Assembly: GCA_043817645.1 (NCBI GenBank)
Contig: JBDRGP010000014.1
Location: 11,879 to 75,878 of the forward strand
Length of the DNA: 64,000 bases
Source of the DNA: Candidatus Woesearchaeota archaeon
GTDB taxonomy: Archaea > Nanobdellota > Nanobdellia > SCGC-AAA011-G17 > JACPIM01
Direction: 5' to 3'
Positions 43,994-52,037 of this stretch are shown piece by piece (the first letter of the stretch is position 1; every line of letters starts with the position of its first letter). The notes below the pieces were generated by a model that searched no databases, was not told the DNA's origin, and saw only the letters and a list, made by a program, of their open reading frames with translations. The translations under genes were made by a program, and so were the position numbers.

Positions 43994-46972
43994 TCACTCT
44001 AAGGCCTTAGCAATTTTATTAGCTGCTTTTTTTATTTCCAGAAGTATAAAACCTAAATTAGCCTTGGGCTTAACTAAACAGACGAGTATAGCCTTCTTAC
44101 CCGCGGTTACAGCAACAAATCTTTTTGTCTTAGTATTAATGATTATATGATTCAACCCACCTCTCCCGAGCTTAGCCAAACTTTCCCTAGCAGAATTAAC
44201 CATCAAAGCAGATGTGGCAGAAAATTTTTCCGCCTTTTTAATCGCAGATATATTTGAAGCAATAATCAGTCCTTCTTTTGAAATAACACTCACTCCGCTT
44301 ACATCTCCAACACCAATCAAACCCTTCAACACCTTCACTAAAACAGCTTTTTTAGTTTCCTTACCCATCACCCTAAACCCATACTTCTCCAAGGCCTTCT
44401 TAGCCTCCACTTTAGAAAGCGCCTTTGTTTTCTTTTTTTGCTTCTTTATTACATAAGCTAGAAGTAACAAAAGCAAGAGCACTACAAGAGACCCCGTAGA
44501 TAAAGCCACCGGATTGGTTAATGCTTCTCCAATAGTTGACTGGTCTTCTACTCTTTCTTCAGAAGCACCTTCCTCACCCTGCTCCCCTACAGTACCATCA
44601 AGAATTCCTGTTGGAAAATCAGGAAAATTAGTAAATCTCTGAGATTCATCTACTCCTACACCCTCAGCAATTTCATCCCTTCTGGGAGATCCGCCACCAC
44701 CAGTGCCAATTCCGCCCCCTCCACCAGTACCAGTATCAGCTCTAACTACTAAATTTATATTCGGCGCATTACCATCTTCTGCACCTAAAGAAGTGCTGTA
44801 TCCAAGCACAGTAGCCTCACACACCACCTCTAATCTACCATAGTATGAGTTTATAGATGGTTGACTAAGAGTAAGAGTCAAAGTAATAGACTCATCTACA
44901 CCAACACTAAAATCATTATCAGAAAACTCTCCAAAATTAGAAATATCAAATCCAGTTATAGTCGGAATACATCCAGTGAGATCATAATTCCCAGTATTGT
45001 TCAACATCCAAGAGACTACTAGACTCTCATCATTCTCCATCTCTAAATCAACATCACAAGTACCCAATCCGCACACTATCCGAGAAATGGGAGTCAGAGC
45101 CTCAGGATTCCCACTTGGAGGATTAACCCCAATAGTTAGAGGAACTATAAAATCCGTTCCATCATTTATTCTCCGTATAGTAATATTCCCTTCATATGAA
45201 GTTTCATCCAAAACATCATCATCAATATCAATAACAACCTGATTCTTGAAAAGGTTAGATGTATTAAACACAGCATTACTAATATTCGCAGAATTATTAG
45301 TAAACGTTAATGTAAAATAAGTTTCATTTAGATCATAAGAAAAGTTAAGTTCATATATATCGCTAGACTGATGATACAAGCTCAAATTCCAAATTAGGGT
45401 CTGATTCTTAGGATCCGGTGCTACAATATACTCCGCAGGAAAAATAGAAATATCACTATACACAAAAAAGCTAACATTTCCCAGCACAGTATTAGTACCA
45501 TCTGAGACAGAATAAGAAAAATTCCAAATTCCATAATCATCTACAGTACAAGATGTAGAGTTCCATATTGAATAATCACCTACAGTGAAATTATTTCCCA
45601 ACTGGTTATCAACAACGTCCGTTCCATCCGGAGAAGTTATCGTAAAACTAACAAACTCAATAGTATCGCCCTCAGTATCTGAAACATTTACCTGAACAAA
45701 AAAACTATCTCCAAAAACAGGAGTAGCTATAGTATTATTTACAATAGTTCTATTAGACTCTATCACTGGCGGAAGGTTCGGAGAAACATCATTCACAGTA
45801 AATGTACCTGATGAGCTTGATGAACAAGCATTATCATCATCGCACACATAAGCATAGTAATCCTGTACTCCAATATCAGATGCGCTAGTTGTATAAGCGC
45901 AGCTTTCTGGATTTGAAGTTGTAAATGTTGAGGAATCACACCATGAACCGCCATCACATACTTGACCGGTTATAGCATCAGTCTTACATAGATGTACCTT
46001 AATCTTATCACCTGCATCAGCATCATCCCAGTCTACACTGAATGTAACATCCGAGCCTTCATCAACTGGGTCTGGTGAATCACTAGCAGAAGTTATTGTA
46101 GGAGCACTATTTAGGATGGTATAAGATATAGTAACATTATATAGCTCCGGCGAAAAAGAAATATCACTAGTCTCAAATTCCACCCTATATTGAAAGAACT
46201 GATTATCTATCTCAGATAAAGTAACTAATGTTGAATTTATATAGGGCCCATTCCAAGATTCCCCAACACAATCAGAGTCATCACATGAATGAGTATAAAC
46301 AGAAATATTTGTTAACGAAGCAAGCATAGCCAAGATACCATATTGGTTATCAGTATTCTCATCAGAATAAGCATCATTAATCAAAGTCCAGGTGGCACCG
46401 GAATCTGTGGATTTGTAAATTCTTTTATTTTTTACAGTAGCATAAAGATTATTATCCGAATCAGTTGTAATACCCCTTGGATCCTCTGGAAAAGCAGTAT
46501 CATTGAGCAAAGTCCAAATAGCACCAGAATCTGTGGATTTGTAAACTGCCCGATCACCTTGCCGTGTTATAATAAACAAACCATCGGAGTTAGAGGTTAT
46601 ACCTCCTATATCATCGCCATCAAATCTAAATACACCATTAATCTCTATCCAAGTTACTCCTAAATCAGAAGATCTCCATAAATCTCTATGATTGTCCGCA
46701 GCAAATAAATATTCAGTGTCATAATTGATTTCATACCAACCAAGATTGTCCCACTGAGCTACTGAACCGGCATCAAAGACCTTACTAGTATAATTTCCAG
46801 AATCAAACCCCTCAGAAAGATTTAGCTGTATAAAATTAGCGGTTGTATTATAAAAAGTTTGGTAATATGTGCCCTCATCAAAATCTGATGGGGAATCATC
46901 TACAAAAGAATCAGCAAGTATGAATAAGCTAAACAACAAGATCCCAACAACTAAAGGATAGTATCTCCTCAT
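43994..46972 (-). CDS. 992-aa surface receptor: signal peptide, BNR/Asp-box repeats, Ig-like domains, Gly-rich stalk, one TM helix, cytoplasmic Roadblock/LC7 domain
   Basis: SSDLGVTW, STDSGAIW and STDSGATW Asp-boxes. Many N-x-S/T sequons. GTGGGGGIGTGGGGS linker. TM LVVLLLLLLLAYVI. The C-terminal 120 aa is a close paralog of the 47773..48144 protein. Confidence 0.75.
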   Translation of the reverse strand: MRRYYPLVVGILLFSLFILADSFVDDSPSDFDEGTYYQTFYNTTANFIQLNLSEGFDSGNYTSKVFDAGSVAQWDNLGWYEINYDTEYLFAADNHRDLWRSSDLGVTWIEINGVFRFDGDDIGGITSNSDGLFIITRQGDRAVYKSTDSGAIWTLLNDTAFPEDPRGITTDSDNNLYATVKNKRIYKSTDSGATWTLINDAYSDENTDNQYGILAMLASLTNISVYTHSCDDSDCVGESWNGPYINSTLVTLSEIDNQFFQYRVEFETSDISFSPELYNVTISYTILNSAPTITSASDSPDPVDEGSDVTFSVDWDDADAGDKIKVHLCKTDAITGQVCDGGSWCDSSTFTTSNPESCAYTTSASDIGVQDYYAYVCDDDNACSSSSSGTFTVNDVSPNLPPVIESNRTIVNNTIATPVFGDSFFVQVNVSDTEGDTIEFVSFTITSPDGTDVVDNQLGNNFTVGDYSIWNSTSCTVDDYGIWNFSYSVSDGTNTVLGNVSFFVYSDISIFPAEYIVAPDPKNQTLIWNLSLYHQSSDIYELNFSYDLNETYFTLTFTNNSANISNAVFNTSNLFKNQVVIDIDDDVLDETSYEGNITIRRINDGTDFIVPLTIGVNPPSGNPEALTPISRIVCGLGTCDVDLEMENDESLVVSWMLNNTGNYDLTGCIPTITGFDISNFGEFSDNDFSVGVDESITLTLTLSQPSINSYYGRLEVVCEATVLGYSTSLGAEDGNAPNINLVVRADTGTGGGGGIGTGGGGSPRRDEIAEGVGVDESQRFTNFPDFPTGILDGTVGEQGEEGASEERVEDQSTIGEALTNPVALSTGSLVVLLLLLLLAYVIKKQKKKTKALSKVEAKKALEKYGFRVMGKETKKAVLVKVLKGLIGVGDVSGVSVISKEGLIIASNISAIKKAEKFSATSALMVNSARESLAKLGRGGLNHIIINTKTKRFVAVTAGKKAILVCLVKPKANLGFILLEIKKAANKIAKALE
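43997..44359 (-). other. Cytoplasmic Roadblock/LC7 (MglB-like) domain of the 992-aa receptor
   Basis: GVSVISKEGLIIASN....AGKKAILVCLVKPKANLGFILLEI, compared with GSSIVSRDGLLIASD....AGKTAILVCLIKPKANLGLILLSI in the standalone protein. Confidence 0.7.
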
Positions 46973-47109
46973 TTTTTCCTCTCCTCATTTAGTAGGTTTT
47001 TCATAAACAACTCAATCTTCTTAGAGAGCATAATAGCGTTATCTCTACAAAATTTCTGAAACTCATCATAGACCTTGGAGTCTACGCTCAACGTCACCTT
47101 CTTTTGCAT
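46969..47109 (-). CDS. 46-aa ribbon-helix-helix (CopG/Arc-like) protein (not in the ORF track)
   Basis: Own translation: MQKKVTLSVDSKVYDEFQKFCRDNAIMLSKKIELFMKNLLNEERKK. Its TGA overlaps the receptor ATG (ATGA). Confidence 0.6.
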   Translation of the reverse strand: MQKKVTLSVDSKVYDEFQKFCRDNAIMLSKKIELFMKNLLNEERKK

Positions 47110-47130
47110 TAAAAATAATAAACCCATCCG

Positions 47131-47144
47131 TATATATAAATCTT
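47131..47144 (-). promoter_or_regulatory. Internal TATA-like promoter upstream of the RHH-receptor pair
   Basis: Minus strand reads AAGATTTATATATA, about 22-35 nt upstream of the ATG at 47109, in the only sizeable gap (73 nt) of the cluster. Confidence 0.4.
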
Positions 47145-47182
47145 ATGACTCCCTCAGAAATCTATAGACGTACATAGAAATA

Positions 47183-47776
47183 TCAAATTTTAACCTTAAC
47201 TTTCCGTCCGTCTACCTCAACAACACCATCCATCAGGTGTTCCATACTAGCTACCACCTTCTCATCATGCATGCCTTTCTCTATAATAAAAACTATAGAA
47301 CCATCCACATTCTTTGTTCTCGCAGTTATAATCTGAACAAATCTCCCCACAGCTTCGGGTGTAGAATACATAAGTAATGTAGAAAGACTCTGAAAAAAAA
47401 CATATTGTTTTTTATTTTTTTTATAAAAATAATTCTCTAACTCCGCCAAAGCAACAGAGATCTCATTTAAAGCCAAAGGACCAGGAACTCTTTTAATAAC
47501 AGCAGTATCGGAGACAGTATTCTGAGTTTGTGCACTATAACAATCAATAAATTTCAAATTGCCTTCCTTTTCATATTTCTCAGGAAGTATTTTATTTTTT
47601 TGCAAAGAAGATTCAACATCCTTAGGAAAATGATCTGTAGTTATAAACAAAACTGTTTTTTTATTATTCAAAGCTTTTGAAACAATCTCATAAAATATCT
47701 TATCCTTCTGAGATAATGGCGGTCCAATTACTAAAATCGCCGATCGTTCTGGTATTTTTGAAAAATAATCGATCAT
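47183..47776 (-). CDS. KaiC/RecA-like domain protein with a degenerate P-loop
   Basis: SAILVIGPPLSQKDKIFYEIV replaces GxxGxGK(S/T). VFFQSLSTLL is Walker-B-like without Asp. KaiC-like length and topology. Confidence 0.5.
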   Translation of the reverse strand: MIDYFSKIPERSAILVIGPPLSQKDKIFYEIVSKALNNKKTVLFITTDHFPKDVESSLQKNKILPEKYEKEGNLKFIDCYSAQTQNTVSDTAVIKRVPGPLALNEISVALAELENYFYKKNKKQYVFFQSLSTLLMYSTPEAVGRFVQIITARTKNVDGSIVFIIEKGMHDEKVVASMEHLMDGVVEVDGRKVKVKI

Positions 47777-48144
47777 CTTAATATTCTTGCTATTTTTTTA
47801 CTTTGAGTATTAATACTCAGTAATATTAAACCCAAATTAGCCTTAGGTTTTATTAAACAAACCAAAATCGCTGTTTTCCCTGCACCTGTAGCAATAATAC
47901 TTCCCATCTTTGAATTCACTATTATCTGATCCGGATTTCCTTTTTTTAATTCAGCAACTGCTGTTTCAGCAGCTCCAGTCATAGCTGCGGACATTGCTGC
48001 AAAAGTCTTTGTATCAACATCAGCTAAAAGATCAGACGCAATAAGTAAGCCATCCCTAGAAACTATAGAAGAACCCTCTACACCACCAACCTTTATTAAA
48101 TCCTTCAAAATTTCCATCATTTTTTCATTCTTCGTTTTTTTCAT
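47773..48144 (-). CDS. Roadblock/LC7 (MglB-like) protein
   Basis: 123 aa. VEGSSIVSRDGLLIASDL...AILVCLIKPKANLG pattern. Confidence 0.75.
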   Translation of the reverse strand: MKKTKNEKMMEILKDLIKVGGVEGSSIVSRDGLLIASDLLADVDTKTFAAMSAAMTGAAETAVAELKKGNPDQIIVNSKMGSIIATGAGKTAILVCLIKPKANLGLILLSINTQSKKIARILR

Positions 48145-48154
48145 CTTTTACACC

Positions 48155-48526
48155 TCATTTAATAAATGGAATTATATGGCCCCCAGCCCTATTCATGTGA
48201 AACAAAACCATGCCAAGATTAGCTTTTAATTTTAACAAGCAAACCAAAACAGCTCTCTTCCCAACATTACTTACTATAATTTCTCCTTTTGTGGAATTCA
48301 AAATCACCTGTAATGGATCTCCCATCTTCAACTCAGACATAACTATCCCTCTAGATTTAGCAATTTCTGCACCCATAGCCGCCAATACCCCGGAATCAGT
48401 ATTGGCCCTCAAATCAGATGCAATAAGTAGTCCATCTTTAGAAATCACCGCACATCCCTCTATATCGTCCACTTTTTGACGTAAATTTTTAATTATATCC
48501 AAAATATGGGATTTATCTGTTTTCAT
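48155..48526 (-). CDS. Roadblock/LC7 (MglB-like) protein
   Basis: 123 aa. IEGCAVISKDGLLIASDL...AVLVCLLKLKANLG. Confidence 0.75.
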   Translation of the reverse strand: MKTDKSHILDIIKNLRQKVDDIEGCAVISKDGLLIASDLRANTDSGVLAAMGAEIAKSRGIVMSELKMGDPLQVILNSTKGEIIVSNVGKRAVLVCLLKLKANLGMVLFHMNRAGGHIIPFIK

Positions 48527-49662
48527 TGTCTCTCAACCTCTCTAAATAAAACCTCAAGAGCTTTCTCCACCCCTTTTTTCTTTATTGCTACGCAAGGTAC
48601 AATAAGCTCGCTTGAAATAGACAGTTTCTTTCTAATTTGATTTAGAGATAAGGCTCCCTTAAGATCCCTTTTGTTTGCAATTATAACATGCGGTACATGG
48701 CTTAACCTACATTTCATGATCATTTCCCCCGCCCTCGCAAATGTCTCAGGTCTTGTTGAATCTACAACCAAAAACAATCCAATAGCCCTATGCCCAAGAT
48801 TTTTCAATAAAGGATCAAATCGTGCCTGTCCTGGTGTCCCAAATACATCCGCAGCATACCTTTTATAATTTACATGCCCATAATCTAAGGCCACAGTAGT
48901 TCCTAACCTGTCTACAGATGTCGCTCTTGTCGATATTGCATGTGTGAATGTTGATTTACCTGAATTATACGGACCAGTAACCAAAATCTTTGGAATATAC
49001 TCTTTTACTCCGCCAGGATTAATTATGTCAAACAAAACATCTTGCTTCTTCAGTTTTTTAATCCATCCTGCTTTTGAAACTCTAAAATAACTTCTTAATA
49101 TCACATTTTTCTCAATAGTCTCTAAATCAATAACGCAATCAAAAAAAGACCTCATATCAGCCATCATTTTTTTCTGATAAGACCACTCTGTTAATAAACC
49201 TACAACTGTAAGCTTCTTACAGGCACTTAACAATTCCTTAAGAAAAGAAACAGTTTTTTTATTCGCACCATATACATCCAAAAAAGAAGAAACAGAATCT
49301 ATAACCAAAACCGTTCCGGGTCTTAATCTCTTCACAGAATCCAACAAACTTTTTTGGACCTTAGACTGATCTGCTTTTTTTACAATCCCATCATATAAAT
49401 CTACAATCTTAAATTTACCATTTTTCTCAAATTTCGTAATATCCCAGTCATATTCCTTAAACAATTTTTTTATTAAAACAGATTTTTTATTATTCACAAC
49501 ATAAACTATCTTATCATTTTTTCGCAGTCTATTATAAATTAAATTATACAAAAATTGAAGACTCTTAACACCCGGAGTAGATACTATTAAAGTTGAAGAA
49601 CCAGTTCTAAGCCCCCCATTCAATAACTCATCTAATTTCGGAATTTCTGTCTTCAATATCAA
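48523..49662 (-). CDS. Fusion of an inactivated KaiC/RecA-like domain and a COG2229/MglA-like small GTPase
   Basis: The N-terminal half has the KaiC-like GLDELLNGGL.. entry but STPGVKS in place of the P-loop. The C-terminal half has G1 GPYNSGKS, G3 VFGTPGQARF and G4 NKRD. Confidence 0.7.
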   Translation of the reverse strand: MILKTEIPKLDELLNGGLRTGSSTLIVSTPGVKSLQFLYNLIYNRLRKNDKIVYVVNNKKSVLIKKLFKEYDWDITKFEKNGKFKIVDLYDGIVKKADQSKVQKSLLDSVKRLRPGTVLVIDSVSSFLDVYGANKKTVSFLKELLSACKKLTVVGLLTEWSYQKKMMADMRSFFDCVIDLETIEKNVILRSYFRVSKAGWIKKLKKQDVLFDIINPGGVKEYIPKILVTGPYNSGKSTFTHAISTRATSVDRLGTTVALDYGHVNYKRYAADVFGTPGQARFDPLLKNLGHRAIGLFLVVDSTRPETFARAGEMIMKCRLSHVPHVIIANKRDLKGALSLNQIRKKLSISSELIVPCVAIKKKGVEKALEVLFREVERQ

Positions 49663-49673
49663 AGGAGCACCTC

Positions 49674-50399
49674 CTAGAGATTGGCAAACAAGGTTTCCTT
49701 AGGATACACAACTATGCCTTTGTTAGTTATGTTAAACAATCTAATATTTTTATCGTGATCAGAACCCCTCATTTTCCTAACTACAATTCCCGGAACAAAC
49801 CTCTCTCCCTGTCTTAAGTGATATAACGCAATCACTCCATCAACAATAAACTCCTCAATACCATACCTAGACAAGTCAAATGTTCCCTCTTTAGTCTCTG
49901 ATATTAACAAAGAAGTACAGCCTAATTCAGACAAAGAGCTGGATAACCTTGCAAACGCTTTCCTTCGCTCCCCACTAGTTTTAGCAAGCAATCCAAACAA
50001 ACTAACAGAATCTACAACAACTCTCTTAATTTTATTTTCCCTCACGAGTTCCTTTATTTCCTCTATAACATGATCGGTTTCAGCTCCAACTTTCTTCATA
50101 AAACTATCAAGAGTCCCCAAACCTCCACCAACAAGAACAAATTTCTTAGTTTTCTCAAGTTTTTTTAGATCAAAACCAAAAGAATACATATTTTCCATCA
50201 AACTATTTTTTCCTTCCTCAAAACTAACATACAACCCAGGCTCCTTAAAGTCCTTAATGCCATTATGAATAAACTGCATACCAAGTACAGACTTGCCGGA
50301 TCCACAAGGTCCGGACAAAAGAACAGTTCTCCCTTCAATAATTCCCCCTCTCAACAACTGGTCCAATCCTTTAATTCCGGTCCTCACCCTCTTTTTCAT
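49674..50399 (-). CDS. Single-domain KaiC-like (RecA-superfamily) ATPase, apparently active
   Basis: GIKGLDQLLRGGI, Walker A SGPCGSGKS, SFEE, Walker B VVVDSV. Confidence 0.75.
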   Translation of the reverse strand: MKKRVRTGIKGLDQLLRGGIIEGRTVLLSGPCGSGKSVLGMQFIHNGIKDFKEPGLYVSFEEGKNSLMENMYSFGFDLKKLEKTKKFVLVGGGLGTLDSFMKKVGAETDHVIEEIKELVRENKIKRVVVDSVSLFGLLAKTSGERRKAFARLSSSLSELGCTSLLISETKEGTFDLSRYGIEEFIVDGVIALYHLRQGERFVPGIVVRKMRGSDHDKNIRLFNITNKGIVVYPKETLFANL

Positions 50400-50401
50400 C
50401 T

Positions 50402-50977
50402 TTATTTTAACACGTATTTCCTCTTTTTAAATTTTCTTGGTATGTAAAACAAGAATAACCCTGTAACAAATCCTGAAAAATGAAATAAAGTCTGTGGTAA
50501 ATCAGAATAACTTCCAGAGCCAGTAAATAACGTAAGCAAATATTTAAGAAACACAGAGGCTCCTAATAGGGGAATTAAATAGACCTTAGGAACAAAATTC
50601 GACCCTTTAATAGACAAAACGCCCAAAACACCATATATCCCCAAGGAAGCACCAGCGATAACTAATAAAGGAAACATAAACGCATCTGCGAGTGCAATCA
50701 CAAAGCTAACAGCTATAAAAAAAACAACAAAGCTCCTTCCAGCCAATCCAAATTCATAAGCTAAAAAACTCACCAAAGCAATCGCTACTATATTCTCAAT
50801 TAAATGCAAAGTGGTTATATGAACAAATGAAAACGTTATCAACCTCCAAAATTCCCCAGATAAAAACGTTTTTCCAGAAAAAGAAAATATCTCCAAGGCA
50901 CCCGGTATCAGGAAAAAAATAAACAAACTAACAAGAACTATTCCAAAAGAGATAAGAAAAACAGATTTTATTCTCAT
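50402..50977 (-). CDS. Rhomboid-family intramembrane serine protease
   Basis: WRLITFSFVHITTLHLIEN, GASLGIYGVLG (catalytic Ser), FHFSGFVTG (catalytic His). 6 TM segments. Confidence 0.8.
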   Translation of the reverse strand: MRIKSVFLISFGIVLVSLFIFFLIPGALEIFSFSGKTFLSGEFWRLITFSFVHITTLHLIENIVAIALVSFLAYEFGLAGRSFVVFFIAVSFVIALADAFMFPLLVIAGASLGIYGVLGVLSIKGSNFVPKVYLIPLLGASVFLKYLLTLFTGSGSYSDLPQTLFHFSGFVTGLFLFYIPRKFKKRKYVLK

Positions 50978-51120
50978 CTTTCTCCAAGGTACTTTTGAAC
51001 TTCCTCGTTTCTCAAGGTATGCTTTCTTAGTTTTTTCTTAACCTTCTTTGTGTAGGCTATAAGAAAAGCAACTACAGCAACAGTACCAGCAGTAGCCTCA
51101 AGTGCAATTATTTTTTCCAT
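50974..51120 (-). CDS. 48-aa single-TM protein
   Basis: MEKIIALEATAGTVAVVAFLIAYTKKVKKK.., start preceded by AGAGGA. ATGA overlap with the rhomboid gene. Confidence 0.4.
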   Translation of the reverse strand: MEKIIALEATAGTVAVVAFLIAYTKKVKKKLRKHTLRNEEVQKYLGER

Positions 51121-51368
51121 TTTTTCCTCTTTAAATGAACAAACACAAACAAAACCAACAGAATACCAACCACTCCCCACTCTACAGCCAAAGGCGTCAC
51201 ATCTTGATCTCGCGCTAAAGAGCCAGAAATGGCCATTGGTTGGATAATATAAATAAATAAAATAAATATAAGTGCCGCATAAATTAAAGTAGAAAACATC
51301 ATCTTATTAACATTTCCAGATCCATATCCCGGAATTTTCTTAATTAATTTTCTTATGTTTTTTGCCAT
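51108..51368 (-). CDS. 86-aa two-TM membrane protein
   Basis: Two hydrophobic helices flanked by basic residues. Overlaps the upstream gene by 16 nt. Confidence 0.4.
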   Translation of the reverse strand: MAKNIRKLIKKIPGYGSGNVNKMMFSTLIYAALIFILFIYIIQPMAISGSLARDQDVTPLAVEWGVVGILLVLFVFVHLKRKKWKK

Positions 51369-51901
51369 TTTCTCTTAAAAATAACTAAAAGGATAATAAT
51401 CAAAATAACAGGTAATATAACACCCACGCCCAAGGGGATCGCCTCTTCACCCTCAGCCAACTTCTCAGTTAATTCTATATCCATCTTAGTCAACGACTCC
51501 CTATCACCCTTAGTCAAAATCACAGGAATCCGAATGGTATCATCCCCATAATAATTTACTTTTTCAGGAAGTTTCTCATATAGCATATTGATCGTCAAAT
51601 ATCCCTTAAGTTCCTTTCCGGGATTTATAACATCCAATTTTAAAACAAGAGGTTCTTTCTCACTAACTCTCAAATCACTTATAGGCTCAAATTTCAGATA
51701 GTCCTTAATATTTAAAGACCGCTCAACCGAAATCAAAATAGGCTCTGTATCTGTCTCGAACGTAATCACTCCTTTCTTGCTACCCTTGCCATCAAAACTA
51801 AATACTAGCTCGTCCTCACTCAAAATGCTCCTAACTCCAGCTACAAACCCAGCTAAAAGAATCAATATAATCACAAAGTAAAACAACCTTAAATTACCCA
51901 T
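51353..51901 (-). CDS. Bitopic surface protein (signal/anchor, beta-rich ectodomain, C-terminal TM)
   Basis: N-terminal FYFVIILILLAGFVAG, C-terminal GVGVILPVILIIILLVIFKRK. Confidence 0.45.
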   Translation of the reverse strand: MGNLRLFYFVIILILLAGFVAGVRSILSEDELVFSFDGKGSKKGVITFETDTEPILISVERSLNIKDYLKFEPISDLRVSEKEPLVLKLDVINPGKELKGYLTINMLYEKLPEKVNYYGDDTIRIPVILTKGDRESLTKMDIELTEKLAEGEEAIPLGVGVILPVILIIILLVIFKRKWQKT

Positions 51902-51927
51902 CTTTCAGTTTAATTAAGTTTTACAGA

Positions 51928-51937
51928 ATTTATAAAG
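51928..51937 (-). promoter_or_regulatory. TATA box heading the 51901..47183 operon
   Basis: Minus strand reads aaCTTTATAAATtc, about 27-36 nt upstream of the ATG at 51901. Confidence 0.4.
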
Positions 51938-52037
51938 TTAACGTAGCCCACAGCCATTATTGGAAGTATCTTAGTAGCTCAAGACAAAAGATTTAAATAA
52001 AATACTTCTACTTCTAAAATAAAAGAGGTACATAAGA

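Noticed and set aside
51121-51180. Long 68-aa version of the small TM ORF (start at 51180)
   Set aside because: It would overlap the upstream 86-aa gene by 73 nt. The internal ATG at 51120 has an AGAGGA Shine-Dalgarno and begins right before the TM helix.
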